A stretch of DNA of 64,000 nucleotides from Eledone cirrhosa (taxonomy: Eukaryota). Position 1 is the stretch's first letter. Each line of letters starts with the position of its first letter. Below the pieces are notes generated by a model. It was not told where the DNA came from. It worked only from the letters and a program-made list of their open reading frames with translations, and made no database searches. The position numbers and the translations under genes are program-made. Shown piece by piece: positions 1-12,061 of this stretch. The stretch lies in assembly GCA_964016885.1 (NCBI GenBank), contig CAXHJY010001738.1:186001-250000 (forward strand). The letters run 5' to 3'.

Positions 1-2101
1 GATTTATTTCTACAATTACATTTATCGGAATTTATATTATTGGGAACCGTATCATTATATTGGATATTGCTAGAGGTATTAATGCTATTCTGGTTAAGTT
101 TTAAGTTTCTATTATTAATTCTATTTATATTCTGCGCTAAATTCATAGTGGTAGAATATGATAGTTTAATTGTATGTCTATTAAAGATTGAGTGATACCT
201 ATGTGTCTTGGGAAAACAATTATCTAGAGCTTTAAAAAATAGTTTAGCTATTGGAGTTTTAATACTTAATGAGAAAGGGGGAGCGAACAATAATATATTT
301 CTAGTTCTATTTCGTCTTTTAATTTAGAGTTAGTGCTAGGTTTCTTATTATAATTATAATTATAATTATGGTTAATTGGCATATCTTTATTATCAATGTA
401 TTTAATTTCATTACTATAGCCTGCTCTGCTTAAAGCTTCGTTATAATATTGTGCCTTATCTTCAAATATATTTTTATTCGCTGAAATTCTAGAAATACGT
501 TGCTGTACGGAATTTACAATAGTGTTTTTAACGGATCTCGGGTGATTGGAATTAAAGTTAACAGTTTAAATTCTCATTGATTTTATGAAATGGATAATAA
601 AGACAAGTATTACGGTTTAAAGTTACATCTAAAAAATTAACTATTTTATAATTATTCTCTACTTCTACCTTAAGATTAAAGCTATTAAAAAATTGTATTA
701 TTGATTTTCTTTTCCTATTGATTTCACAATTATTATTATTTTCAATAAGCAATAGCATATCATCACGATATAAACCACCGGTCATCTCTTGTATTTTTTC
801 TATGTAAAGTATTGTTAATAAAAAGACCCACAAGATCCGTTAATTGCGCTGAGTCCGATGACCCCATAGTAATATCGAAATTGTTATCCCTATCTACTCT
901 AGTCCAAAGATGGTTGTTAAATTTAATTAAGGTTTTACGTGCAGTTAAGATGATGTGCATTTCATCGCTAGATAAATCAGTATATTTAAATGCGTATGTA
1001 AGGGCTTTATTAAGTAAATTAGGAGTGATAGATGAGTAATAATTAACAATATCCAATTGAATGAATTGATTGTTATGCTTATATTTTATGTCCTTAAACC
1101 AGTCAATAACTTCATTAGTCCCATTCCATAATTTTAAGTAAGATATTTCTTTAAGTTGCGGTATGATTCTATCCAAGATATTTATGCTAAGTATGCCAAG
1201 GTCCGATTTAGATGGTGCAATAAGTCTAGCTGGTAATTCTATTTCAAAATTTCTTTTGTGGTCTTTCAAATTAATTTTTGGTTTTCTAGGTATGAAGGGT
1301 TGAGTCCTATTTTCGATGCCTAATTCCTGCATTATATTAGAAGCTTCAGTATTTAGTCTTTCAAGGTCATCATTGGTTGCTCTTTTGTAATTTTTCCTTA
1401 ATTCCTTCAATATAAGATTATTATACTCGTCCTTTTGCATTCCGTAAAAACTGTTGGTTTTATCAGATTTAACAAGAATTTTTTCAGTTCTTTCAAAATT
1501 TTCTATATTATTTTTAAGACCTTTGAGGTAATCCTGGCCTACAAAATGGTTTTTCTTAAATTTAATGTTTTGTATGATTGAAAGCGCACCATATCTGATG
1601 AAAGCGCACCATAATTTGCCTTGGTTGCACTTGAAATATATATAATAAAATAATTATGGTTTTATAATATAGTTTCCATTTATTAATATATTGAATATTT
1701 ACTCCACTAAACTGTTGAGTGCTTTATATCAGTTATAAAATTGTTAAGCTTGTTGAATCCCAACAAATTTAATATAACCTCTGCATATATTTAGCTCCTT
1801 TATTGTTGAGCACTTTAAATTATAACTGATTAAAAATGGAATTCTTTAAGATCTCTTCTTCTCTAAAAGACATACCTTTACCTAGTAATAAGGACTATCT
1901 TAAACAACTTATTGAGAAATCGGACTCGTTTATAAGAAGACTTAGATGGCGTGCTTTTCATTTTGATAAAAAATCAGATGGAAAAGAAAATATATCCAAT
2001 TTTGATAGGATCTTCAAATCCAAGAAAAATCCACCTCCAACAAATTACTAATGGAATTTGAAAATGAAATTATTTCAATCATACAAAACATTAAATTTAA
2101 G
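1..2101 (-). mobile_element. Penelope-like element (Naiad-type), degraded, with inverted 5' segment
   Basis: Minus-strand RT (KDHK, QLDIVNYYSSI, MGSSDSAQLTDLVGL, LYRDD) runs off the window start. Its 5' part (terminal repeat with HHR, N-terminal ORF from 1836 with IRRLRWRAFHF) lies on the + strand at 1591-2101. Confidence 0.9.
1592..1652 (+). ncRNA. Minimal type I hammerhead (family A pLTR), stem I 5'-truncated
   Basis: CTGATGA 1595, stem II aag/ctt, GAAA 1633, TATATA, TA, ATAAAATA. Confidence 0.7.
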
Positions 2102-2150
2102 CATTATAACCGAGTCCGATTTCTCAATAAGTTGTTTAAGATAGTCCTTA

Positions 2151-2276
2151 GGCGAAAACACGTGTTATTTGCATCAAAGAGAGAACTAATAAATTCGAAT
2201 GGTTGGGCTACTCTCTCTAGCATCTTCCCCAATTCATGAGAGCCGTTATTTGATGCAAATAACACGTGTTTTCGCC
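2151..2276. repeat. 28-bp perfect inverted repeat with 70-bp spacer
   Basis: GGCGAAAACACGTGTTATTTGCATCAAA (2151-2178) and its reverse complement (2249-2276). Confidence 0.9.
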
Positions 2277-2347
2277 CTGCTCTGGGCAGCGTGTATATTT
2301 GCGTACTCTCTTTCCATTAGGCTAGATGTGTAGCGAACAATTCCACA

Positions 2348-2423
2348 CTTGCTGACTGAGGAACCTGTGGACTTTTACACTACACATTTCAGTGGCGAAA
2401 CGAAATAGATTCGTATCAGCAAG
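2348..2423 (+). ncRNA. Type I hammerhead ribozyme with monomeric stem III
   Basis: Stem I CTTGCTGA/TCAGCAAG, CTGAGGA 2356, GAAA 2397, stem III CGAA/TTCG, GTA cleavage triplet; base of stem II imperfect. Confidence 0.8.
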
Positions 2424-2697
2424 CTTATAGTTCTAAGGTTTGTAATTTAAAACTCTACTTCGGAGATTTGATTCTGACTTAGTGTTCTTTCTATTTAATT
2501 GGTAATCTGTAGGTATTGTTTTCCATACAGTAACGGTTAAACTCACATGTAATAATTCTTTACACACATCTCACTGTGTAACACACTTCTCTCTGTGTAA
2601 TATATTTGTATTTGAGCTCAGTTGAAAATTCTCTGTTCTTCTTTGAGCTAATATTATCATTACTGTGAACTGCAGAATACTCTAAATCCGATACTTG

Positions 2698-2787
<90 letters not shown>

Positions 2788-2828
2788 CATAGATACTTAC
2801 ATATATATATACATACATAGATACTTAC

Positions 2829-2913
<85 letters not shown>

Positions 2914-3015
2914 CGAAACATAAGTCCATTGAATGGCTATGACCTCATCAGGCAGTTAGTCAGTTCTTAGATATGCCAGCTCTGTGTGTATAGTGTTGAT
3001 GGTATTAGAGCCTTG

Positions 3016-3106
<91 letters not shown>

Positions 3107-3110
<4 letters not shown>

Positions 3111-5382
3111 AACGAGTAGGACCCCGACGGCTGAGTTCAAGCCGTTTCGACGGCTAATTCTGGACTAAATGAAAATTTTTATCCTGGTATATGAATAGCC
3201 GAGCTTCTCAGGGGGTAATTCCATATATGGTAAAAGTGATTGTCACAAGGATTGGTCAAAAGTTTGTTGTTGAGACACATAATTCTATCATGGCAATTTG
3301 TGGAGGGAAGGGATAGCTGAACCTGCCAGTAGAAGAAAGAGGGAGAGGGGTGGAGGAAACCCAGTCGTGCGTTGATAGTGCCAACTACAGCTGGGCAGGA
3401 GGTCAAAGAAGTATACTAGGGAGGAGGGGGGGAAGCCGAAACAATAAGTAAAACAATATGGGGTAAATATATAGAAAAATACCGAGAATGTTAAAAAACA
3501 ATTTCTGGTTACTATAACCTAAGGACAGCTATCAAGTCTCTCACTGGTACTGCTAGACTAAAGAAAGGTTTACTAGGTGGGACGGAATTATAATGAGACC
3601 CTTTTAAGAGGTATAAGTAATCAACCGAGTATATCTTACGGTAACGGGTCAACAAGTGGGGGGCCAAAATACTAAAGAAACTACCACGAAATAATAATTC
3701 AGAGTCCCGAGACCTGTACGAAATAAAGGTTTCTACCCCAGGCACAAGGCCAGCAACTACCCAGTGCAAAAAAAATAAGCTAATACGAAATAATAATTCA
3801 GAATCCCGAAAAAGAATACTAATACTATCTCTAAGGGTGCCGCCACGATACAAAGATTCTAGTGCAAACTACATAAATGCTCGTACGAAGTATATGTAAA
3901 ATTTGATACGGAAAATTAATTCAGAATCCCCCCCCCAAAAAAAAAATAAATAAATACTGATATACGAGAAATTAAAGCAAAGATACCACTAATAAATATA
4001 GAAAGCACGGAAAAGGGGCAGCCATCGGATAAGAAGGCAAGTATCCGGGGTCTAACATATCTGCGATAAAAAGCGGAGTCAGCCAATTATATCATAGAAT
4101 AGAGGAAGGGGTGGGGGTACTGAGGCTACAAAGGACCGAGGGGCTGCCTCGGGTGGGCGAGAAAGTGAAACGGACGTCGACAAAGAAAGAGGACTGGGGT
4201 GGAAGGACTAGGGAGGGATGGGGGGAAGAAGGAAATATAGAGGAAGCGATAAAAAGATATAAAAGATCTTACGTCTACCTTTGCAAGCAGGGGTTACCCA
4301 TTACAAAATCGGCAAGTGGGGTGTTATAGCCCTAGTCTAACCCCCCCCCCCCCGGGTAATTATGGGGTTTGAGGGCGAGGTAAGTCCTACGCAATCTGTG
4401 CAGTTACCAGTTCATCTTTCTTGTTTAGGAGTTGGTCCGTCGAAAACAACATTTGTAAAGTTTCCTCCGAGCATAAATTACACGGACGGCGTCCTCCCGT
4501 GTAAGAGTTGGCTCTGGACAGTAATCTCCAAGTGAGATCATAGGTAATATTGTTATCCTTGAGGTCCCATATGTGGCCCGAAAGTGTAGTGTCGTGACGC
4601 CGGGCCGGGTTACGGAAGGTATGTCTGTGTTGGTATAGCCGGGTCTTGAAGTCACAAGCGGTTAATCCTATATAAGCTTTGTTGGAGGTGTCCGTCCTCA
4701 CGTTGCACTGGTAGATCACATTACGATCTCTGCATCTGTTGTCGAGGGGGAAAATGGATCCATCAGGACAGTTGCACCTCCTGGTCGGCTCTCCACTGCT
4801 ATTTAGGTTATTTATTCCATATGGGTTGAGTTTTTTGTTGTTAGAGGAGACGATGTTTTGTGAAAAGTTTGGTGTGGTGCTGTAGGAGAGTTTGATGGTA
4901 TTTTTGTTAATTATGTTGTGGTAGCGGTGTTGTAGTGGGAAGTGTTTTTCAGTGAGCCTAAAGAAGATTTTCCCGATAGGAGTTGTCACCTCGGCGTTAT
5001 GGGAGGATTGAACCATGTTACATTGCGTGAGCGACGGTGTCGCCTGTTGGTTCCGCTAATGGAAGCTGGACAGTAGGATATTTCCTCCCGGAAACCACTC
5101 CGCTTGAGGGCCTGGTTGTAATAAGGCGCATGTTCCTCGAATATCTGCTCATTAGCTGACAAACGAGATATACGGAGGGAGATGTTTTTAACCAGGTTAT
5201 TGGTGATGTTTCTAGGATGGTTTGTCCGGCGGTGGATTTTCATTTAGTCCAGAATTAGCCGTCGAAACGGCTTGAGCTCAGCCGTCGGGGTCCTACTCGT
5301 TCCTATTACCCACTCTACTACCCTAAGTATTGAGTACTTTGGTGCGTTATGGTCCACCTGGTTCCTTACCACATTTCCTTCG

Positions 5383-5390
<8 letters not shown>
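3107..5390 (-). mobile_element. Penelope-like element (Naiad-type), 5'-truncated, with inverted terminal repeat fragment
   Basis: RT thumb and GIY-YIG endonuclease (RRCNC..PL..C..NVIYQC..YIGLT..CNLC) at 4387-5243; 3107-3173 is repeated inverted at about 5238-5305; flanked by (TA)n. Confidence 0.9.
3121..3216 (-). ncRNA. Type I hammerhead with variant core and long stem II
   Basis: Minus strand: ACCCC-CTGAGAA-..CGGCTA..TAGCCG-TC-GAAA-CGGCT..AGCCG-TC-GGGGT. 3' half also at about 5256-5292 (+) and, diverged, about 46595-46632. Confidence 0.6.
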
Positions 5391-5435
<45 letters not shown>

Positions 5436-5635
5436 GTGGCTCTGGTGATTATGATGGTCATCATGATCGTAATGATGATGGTGAAAATGATAGTGATAAT
5501 GATAATGATAATGGCGATGGCGATGATGGTGATGACAATAATGATGACGATGATGATGACGATGACAGAAGATACAAAACCCAGTTTAATTTGAACAATA
5601 CAAAGATAAAAGAGACAAGCTAACAGGGAAGCTTA

Positions 5636-5651
5636 GAGCGCCATCTGTTGG
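5636..5651 (-). promoter_or_regulatory. CTCF-like motif
   Basis: Reverse complement CCAACAGATGGCGCTC resembles the CTCF core consensus; motif match only. Confidence 0.25.
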
Positions 5652-5715
5652 GTTGATTGTGAATTATAACTTTACATTATTGTTGCTGCCTGATGGCTAA
5701 TTGCTGTATTACATG

Positions 5716-5774
<59 letters not shown>

Positions 5775-6120
5775 TATATATATCCTCCCCTTTCTTCCCG
5801 TTTGACCTGTCCACAATCCTTTTCTCGCGGGCACTTGACCAAGCCGGTATGAATTTTTTTTTTTTTTTTTCTCTCTCGTCTGCGACTTCACAGAACTTAT
5901 GTTTACCGAATTCGCAGACCAGACCCCTTCTTCCTCCCGTTAGACCTGTGCGAAATTCCTTCCTTGCTCACATTTCAACCAGGTTTGATGGTCTTTATTC
6001 TCTCGTTCACGATTCCACCGAATTTATATTCATAGAAATCTGGGACTTGTTTCCTTCTTCCTCTCTTTCTGCTGCTTAAACCATTTTGTTTGTTTACCCT
6101 AGCGTCCCCTTTATTTACGT

Positions 6121-6221
6121 GTCCCAACGACTTTTTTTAGCCGTTGCTCGCACCAACCTGAGGTATATGGCCTTTAATGCGACGAAATGCCTACGACGGT
6201 TGGATGGCCACTGATGAGGAC
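6121..6221 (+). ncRNA. Candidate pseudoknotted hammerhead-like RNA (copy 1)
   Basis: AGGTA-TA-TGGCC..C-GAAA-TGCCT..GGCCA-CTGATGA-G; pairings covary with the copy at 12636-12737. Confidence 0.6.
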
Positions 6222-6742
6222 AAACTTTTTCATATGTAACCCATTTGCAGCGCCGCAGCTCCATTATTATCATATTTACACATATATTTTTTCCTCCGCT
6301 GCTACCAGTTTGTTTCGTTCTTTGTGTCTTTACCCTTTCTAGCAGTCTCTCTCTGTTAACCTCTTCCTCACCTTTCACTCACTCACTCTCTGTCACTACC
6401 TCTCCTCCTCCCCTTTCTTCCCGTTTGACCTGTCCACAATCCTTTTCTCGCGGGCACTTGGCCAAGCCGGTATGAATTTTTTTTTTTTTTCTCTCTCTCG
6501 TCTGCGACTTCACAGAACTTATGTTTACCGAATTCGCAGACCAGACCCCTTCTTCTTCCCGTTAGACCTGTGCGAAATTCCTTCCTTGCTCACATTTCAA
6601 CCAGGTTTGATGGTCTTTATTCTCTCGTTCACGATTCCACCGAATTTATATTCATAGAAATCTGGGACTTGTTTCCTTCTTCCTCTCTTTCTGCTGCTTA
6701 AACCATTTTGTTTGTTTACCCTAGCGTCCCCTTTATTTACGT

Positions 6743-6844
6743 GTCCCAACGACTTTTTTTTAGCCGTTGCTCGCACCAACCTGAGGTATATGGCCTTTAA
6801 TGCGACGAAATGCCTACGACGGTTGGATGGCCACTGATGAGGAC
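6743..6844 (+). ncRNA. Candidate pseudoknotted hammerhead-like RNA (copy 2)
   Basis: Core identical to 6121-6221; GAAA 6807, CTGATGA 6834. Confidence 0.6.
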
Positions 6845-6899
6845 AAACTTTTTCATATGTAACCCATTTGCAGCGCCGCAGCTCCATTATTATCATATT

Positions 6900-6960
<61 letters not shown>

Positions 6961-6963
<3 letters not shown>

Positions 6964-7334
6964 GTAGGAGGTGAGTTTTATTGTAGCACAATAAAGCAAT
7001 GCAAATACCTCTCTCTCTCTCTCACTATCACCCATCTCTCCTCGTCTCTCATCCTTTCTTCTTATACTCCTCCCCCACCATCCTTTACTCTCATCTCTTC
7101 CTCTTCCTTACCCTTTCCACCCACACCTCTCACTTTTTCCCAATCTCATACATTCATCTTAATTTATTTTTCATATGTTGATTTAAAACTTCACTATTCA
7201 CAAGTGTCTTTTAAGCTTCATATCATGTATCCCTATTTTATCTGATGAGATCGCAGATATCATCCCATGATGATATTTGTTTTTGAAATGCGCATAATTA
7301 AATAATTGGAACTCTTTTAACCATCTTTTGATCT

Positions 7335-7340
<6 letters not shown>
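6961..7340 (+). mobile_element. PLE terminal-repeat remnant (family B) with minimal HHR at 7234-7304
   Basis: TATTTTAT-CTGATGA(7242)..GAAA(7285)-TGCGCA-TA-ATTAAATA. Homologous to 41705-42030 and 58648-58962; 6961-7000 is the inverted tail seen at about 58922-58962. Confidence 0.8.
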
Positions 7341-7396
<56 letters not shown>

Positions 7397-7455
7397 TATA
7401 TGTATGTATATATAAATATATATATATATACAACATACATACATATATATATATA

Positions 7456-8039
7456 TGATGGCTGCCAACTCGTTTTCGAGTACGGCCACTACCTTATATC
7501 CATGTAGGAGAACTCCTACCGATGCGCTGAACGAGTGACTTTTTAGTCCAGCTAGCGACTTGAAAACTCTGGTACAAACACTACACTTGTGACAATTATT
7601 GACACATAGTGCTAGGCCCATGGTACCATGTGACGACAAGTGCAGAGAGATCTCCAGATATAAAGCAATGCCTGTGCCGTGAAGCTTTTATAGTGAGCAA
7701 AGGCACTGCACAAAGCCAGTCCCACTCTCTTAACCAAGATGATATTTACCAAAAAGAAGAACAAGTCAACATCATTGGATACCATCAGGGTTGCAGGTGT
7801 TATATCAGAGTTTTCCTTCTCCTAGAATTCTGCCTTGACAAAGGCTAAGGGGTCATCTCTCCCGGTGATTTTGGATGGCCATTGACTCTTAAGAGCTCCT
7901 TTGCCCTTTGACAGGTTTTGTTTTTAGTCCTGCAGGATGTCCAAAGTCACCCTCCTCACCAAGAAACCTTGGTGGGGTTGCCAGTTTAGTCGCCAATGAC
8001 CCGACCATGAGACAGGTTGTACTGGGATACATGTTTCCA
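7456..8039 (-). mobile_element. Non-autonomous bipartite RTE derivative
   Basis: Reverse complement of 14502-15088. Confidence 0.8.
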
Positions 8040-8066
8040 AATATATATATATATACACATACATAC

Positions 8067-8133
<67 letters not shown>

Positions 8134-8218
8134 TTAGAGATAGAACAGATACTCTATACTATTTCCTGTCAGCATGGCTTAGCAAGATATTTAGAAGGCT
8201 GGTTTGAGACCTTTATTT

Positions 8219-8254
8219 CCCTCTGAAGAAGAGATATTATCTCGAAAATTAAGG
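8219..8254 (+). ncRNA. Possible minimal hammerhead
   Basis: CCT-CTGAAGA-a-GAGAT att ATCTC-GAAA-AT-TA-AGG; one extra base before stem II and a short stem I. Confidence 0.45.
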
Positions 8255-8684
8255 ACATTTAAATAAATCTAAGGTAAAAGACGATTTGTCAACAATATCT
8301 TTTGCAATTGCATTCTTTTTTTCTATGTCCATACCTGCATTGTTTTGGCTTTATTATACATATTCAAACGTTTATACCTCATTACACAATGCTTCAAGTG
8401 AACTATAACCTCCTCATATATATATATATAAATTTTGAGTATATGTTTGTTGTTTACCGACACCTCAGTATGCAGATTGGAGCATTCGACGAAGTACGCA
8501 GGTTGGTTTGGTTACTCCGGAGTAATGTAAAATAAAGTAATTAAGTCAAATATTTAAGATTTGTCTTCGTTTATTAAAGATGTACTGCTATATATGTTTC
8601 GGTTACAGCCATTATTGGAATCAGATAATGGAATCAGATAAGGTAAAATGAAGGAATAAAATATAAAAAAATAAGATAAAATAT

Positions 8685-8880
8685 CCCGGGACGTGTAGAC
8701 ACCCCAGGCCCGGACCTTCCTCAAGCTATATGAACAATAACAACACACTGGGAGGGGAACTTCCTTCAAGCTATAGAGACTTCCCCGGGACATGTAGACA
8801 CCTCAGGGCCGGGACCTTCCTCTAGCTATATGGGCAACAACAACGCATTGGGAAGGGAACTTCCCTCAAGCTATAGGGAC
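8685..8880. repeat. Diverged tandem duplication of about 98 bp
   Basis: CCCGGGAC.TGTAGACACC.CAGG..CGGACCTTCCTC.AGCTATATG..GAACTTCC.TCAAGCTATAG occurs twice. Confidence 0.8.
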
Positions 8881-9049
8881 AGTAGCCCCGCCACACCGAG
8901 CCCACGGTAAACCACCCCCTACACTTTCACCACCCCTACCCCTGCCTCGATCGACTCCTATGGCAGCACAGACTTATGCATATGTCCATACATAGATCCT
9001 GTTATTTAAGATTGTACATGCTCTAATACTTACATGTGTGTGTGTGTGT

Positions 9050-9143
<94 letters not shown>

Positions 9144-9487
9144 ATATATATACATATATATATATGGGTGTGTGTGTGTTTGTATAATCTGTGTGTGTGG
9201 GTGTGTGTGAATATGGGATGCACCTGGGCCCGTCTTTGTGCGTGTGGGCTTGCAACGATGTGGGTTGACATACACACATATGTACTCGATGCCGAATTAA
9301 AAACTGTAGTCCTCTGCATTTCCGGATTTTGACACTCAGGTTATGGTGTTTTACACTCCACTCTTGCCTCATTTGCTCTTAAAACGCACCACCCCATGAT
9401 AGGGTAAAGATCGTAATCCTTTGCATTTCCCGATTCTGACATAGCCTTTATACTTCAGTCAATATTTTCCAAATCTTTCAAACTTTA

Positions 9488-9654
9488 ATATTGGCTATAA
9501 CACACACGCATTTTATTCTTCTTTGATATTTGATATTGGCTATAACACACACGCATTTTATTCTTCTTTGATATTTGATATTGGCTATAACACACACGCA
9601 TTTTATTCTTCTTTGATATTTGATATTGGCTATAACACACACGCCTTTTATTCT
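9488..9654. repeat. 45-bp minisatellite (about 3.7 copies)
   Basis: TATAACACACACGCATTTTATTCTTCTTTGATATTTGATATTGGC starts at 9496, 9541, 9586 and 9631. Confidence 0.95.
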
Positions 9655-9789
9655 ATTTTATCATTTATTTATTTATTTTTTACTTCTTCATTTTATTGTA
9701 TCTTATCTTATTTTATTATTTATTTTATCTTATTTTTTTATATTTTATATTTTTATATTTTATTCTGCCGTCGGGGTCATACATTTTCC

Positions 9790-9836
<47 letters not shown>

Positions 9837-9888
9837 TTTCTGAATTTGTTTAGCAAGATTCTTTATCTGAAATCGTGTGTTGAAACCG

Positions 9889-11138
9889 ATATTGTTATAC
9901 TTTGGGAGGGTCATGTTGCCAATAAGAAACACACGCACCAGTTGCTTTCACTTCAATTTATTATATATTTATAAATTTATAAATTTACAAATTTACAAAC
10001 TTATAAATTTCTGGTTGGTTGGTTGGTTCCACAACCAGATAGTTGTTTATATATAGTCACAGTCCTTTCGTCACACACTCTGTGACCTCTTCAGTGACTG
10101 GGGATTCCTTTTTTTGTTTCTGTGCCTTTCCTTTCTTCTATCCTACGCCATTTTGTTTCTGTGTGTGTGTTGTGTGCTCAGTTTGCGCATGCGCCACATC
10201 CGGGTGTCTGTGTGTGTTTGTGTTCATTTATCTATTTGTTTATTTATTTATTTATTTATTGTTGGTTGGTTGTTTGTTCTATGTGTGTGTGTGTTTTCAT
10301 TTTGTCCTGTGTGTGTTTTCATTTTGTCCTTAATTGTAAGTTGTTTGTTCTATGTGTGTGTGTGTTTTCATTTTGTCCTGTGTGTGTTTTCATTTTGTCC
10401 TTAATTGTAAGTTGTGATGTTGCTGTTCCACTCATATTTTCTATTTAATTTTGGTTTTAATTCTTTTATGCTTACTGCCTCTGTAATTTGCCTAAACATT
10501 GCGTCTTTTCTGTGTGTGGATTCTATTTTTATTTCTATGTTCTCTAATCTACCCCTGTGTTCTATCTTAGCATGTTGGTAGAGCACAGATGATTCTTTAT
10601 TATCTTGGAGGTCTCGCCAGTGTTCATTTATTCGTTCCCCTATACTACGAGCTGTCTCACCTATGTACACTATATTTTTGTTTCTACATTGTCCTTCAGT
10701 ACATCTTATGCTATACACTACATTTCTAGTTTTACAGTTAATATGGGGGCTTATTTTACAAGTTATACATTTCTTATCTATACATGAGGGTCTTTGGAAC
10801 GGGTATGTCTTGCTAATAAGACACACAGACACCCGGATGTGGCGCATGCGCAAACTGAGCACACAACACACACACAGAAACAAAATGGCGTAGGATAGAA
10901 GAAAGGAAAGGCACAGAAACAAAAAAAGGAATCCCAGTCACTGAAGAGGTCACAGAGTGTGTGACGAAAGGACTATGACTATATATAAACAACTATCTGG
11001 TTGTGGAACCAACCAACCAACCAGAAATTTATAAGTTTGTAAATTTGTAAATTTATAAATTTATAAATATATAATAAATTGAAGTGAAAGCAACTGGTGC
11101 GTGTGTTTCTTATTGGCAACATGACCCTCCCAAAGTAT

Positions 11139-11145
<7 letters not shown>
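9889..11145 (-). mobile_element. 5'-truncated PLE (GIY-YIG fragment) between inverted terminal repeats of about 325 bp
   Basis: ORF 10401-10820 (CxxC..HINCKTRNVVYSIRC..YIGETARSIGERINEH); 9889-10213 is the reverse complement of about 10821-11145. Confidence 0.9.
10936..10980 (+). ncRNA. Minimal type I hammerhead (inverted twin at 10055-10099, -)
   Basis: AGTCA-CTGAAGA-g-GTCACA..TGTGAC-GAAA-GGAC-TA-TGACT. Confidence 0.7.
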
Positions 11146-11185
<40 letters not shown>

Positions 11186-11227
11186 TATATATGTATATAG
11201 TTATATATATATATGTATATATATATG

Positions 11228-11262
<35 letters not shown>

Positions 11263-11263
11263 G

Positions 11264-11305
<42 letters not shown>

Positions 11306-11309
<4 letters not shown>

Positions 11310-12061
11310 GGAAAAATTTGAACAGGAACAAAACAGAGAGGCAGTACAACGAATGTTTATTAATTTCACATGTATACGTACATACATATATGTGTACAGA
11401 CGTACAGTAGTATGTATATATATACATACATGCACACATATATATATGTACGTATGGGTTTACCGAACATTTATTATAATGTTCGGTTTGTTTGTATATA
11501 TATATATATACCAACACCCCACTCTTCAGAGCGTGAAATTAATAAACATTCGTTGTACTGCCTCTCTGTTTTGTCCCTGTTCAAATTTTTCCATTATATA
11601 TAATACACGCTCACACGGCTTCCATTCCTTGGAACATAACTTAATACCGGCTCAACCCCGATCTAATCCGCCGTTACCTTTCTCCGAACTTTACACACTT
11701 TCCCACACTTGGTCTTTCCTTCCACGCATTACCTCTGTTTGATTTTGTTACTGTACTTGTTTATTTCCGTATATGATTCTTTGCCTGTGTTCTTACAATT
11801 GTATTTCTATGACTTTTTGTTCACGATTGCCTGTGTTTTTACCTTTATGATTTTTTTGTCTTTAATTTTCCTGTGTTTACTCCCCCCCCCCCCTCCCTAC
11901 GTTTCTCTGTTTCATTTTCCCTTCCCCGTCTCTGCCTATCCTTCGCACTTACTCCTTCGTTCACTCCACCCGTCCCCCACCAACACCCCACTCTCCAGAG
12001 CGTGAAATTAATAAACATTCGTTGTACTGCCTTTCTGTTTTGTCCCTGTTCAAATTTTTCC

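Larger units (their letters stand above)
5783..6903 (+). mobile_element. ORF-less 623-bp tandem unit (1.8 copies), retrozyme-like, carrying an atypical hammerhead-like motif
   Basis: 5783-6283 is repeated nearly identically from 6406; pyrimidine-rich; flanked by (TA)n; diverged third copy at about 12580-13090 (-). Confidence 0.75.

Noticed and set aside
2910-2956. Minus-strand CTGATGA-GGTC..GACT as a hammerhead
   Set aside because: No GAAA or stem I partner; at most a deleted remnant.
6121-6221. Twister, HDV-like or C/D snoRNA reading of the conserved motif
   Set aside because: Consensus nucleotides and helix order did not fit by eye, and there is no downstream D box with a terminal stem; not excluded computationally.
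9488-9654. CRISPR-like array
   Set aside because: Contiguous 45-bp units without unique spacers, in eukaryotic DNA.
9889-11145. DNA transposon with TIRs
   Set aside because: The interior is a GIY-YIG fragment and the repeats carry HHRs, matching the inverted-repeat structure of truncated PLEs.
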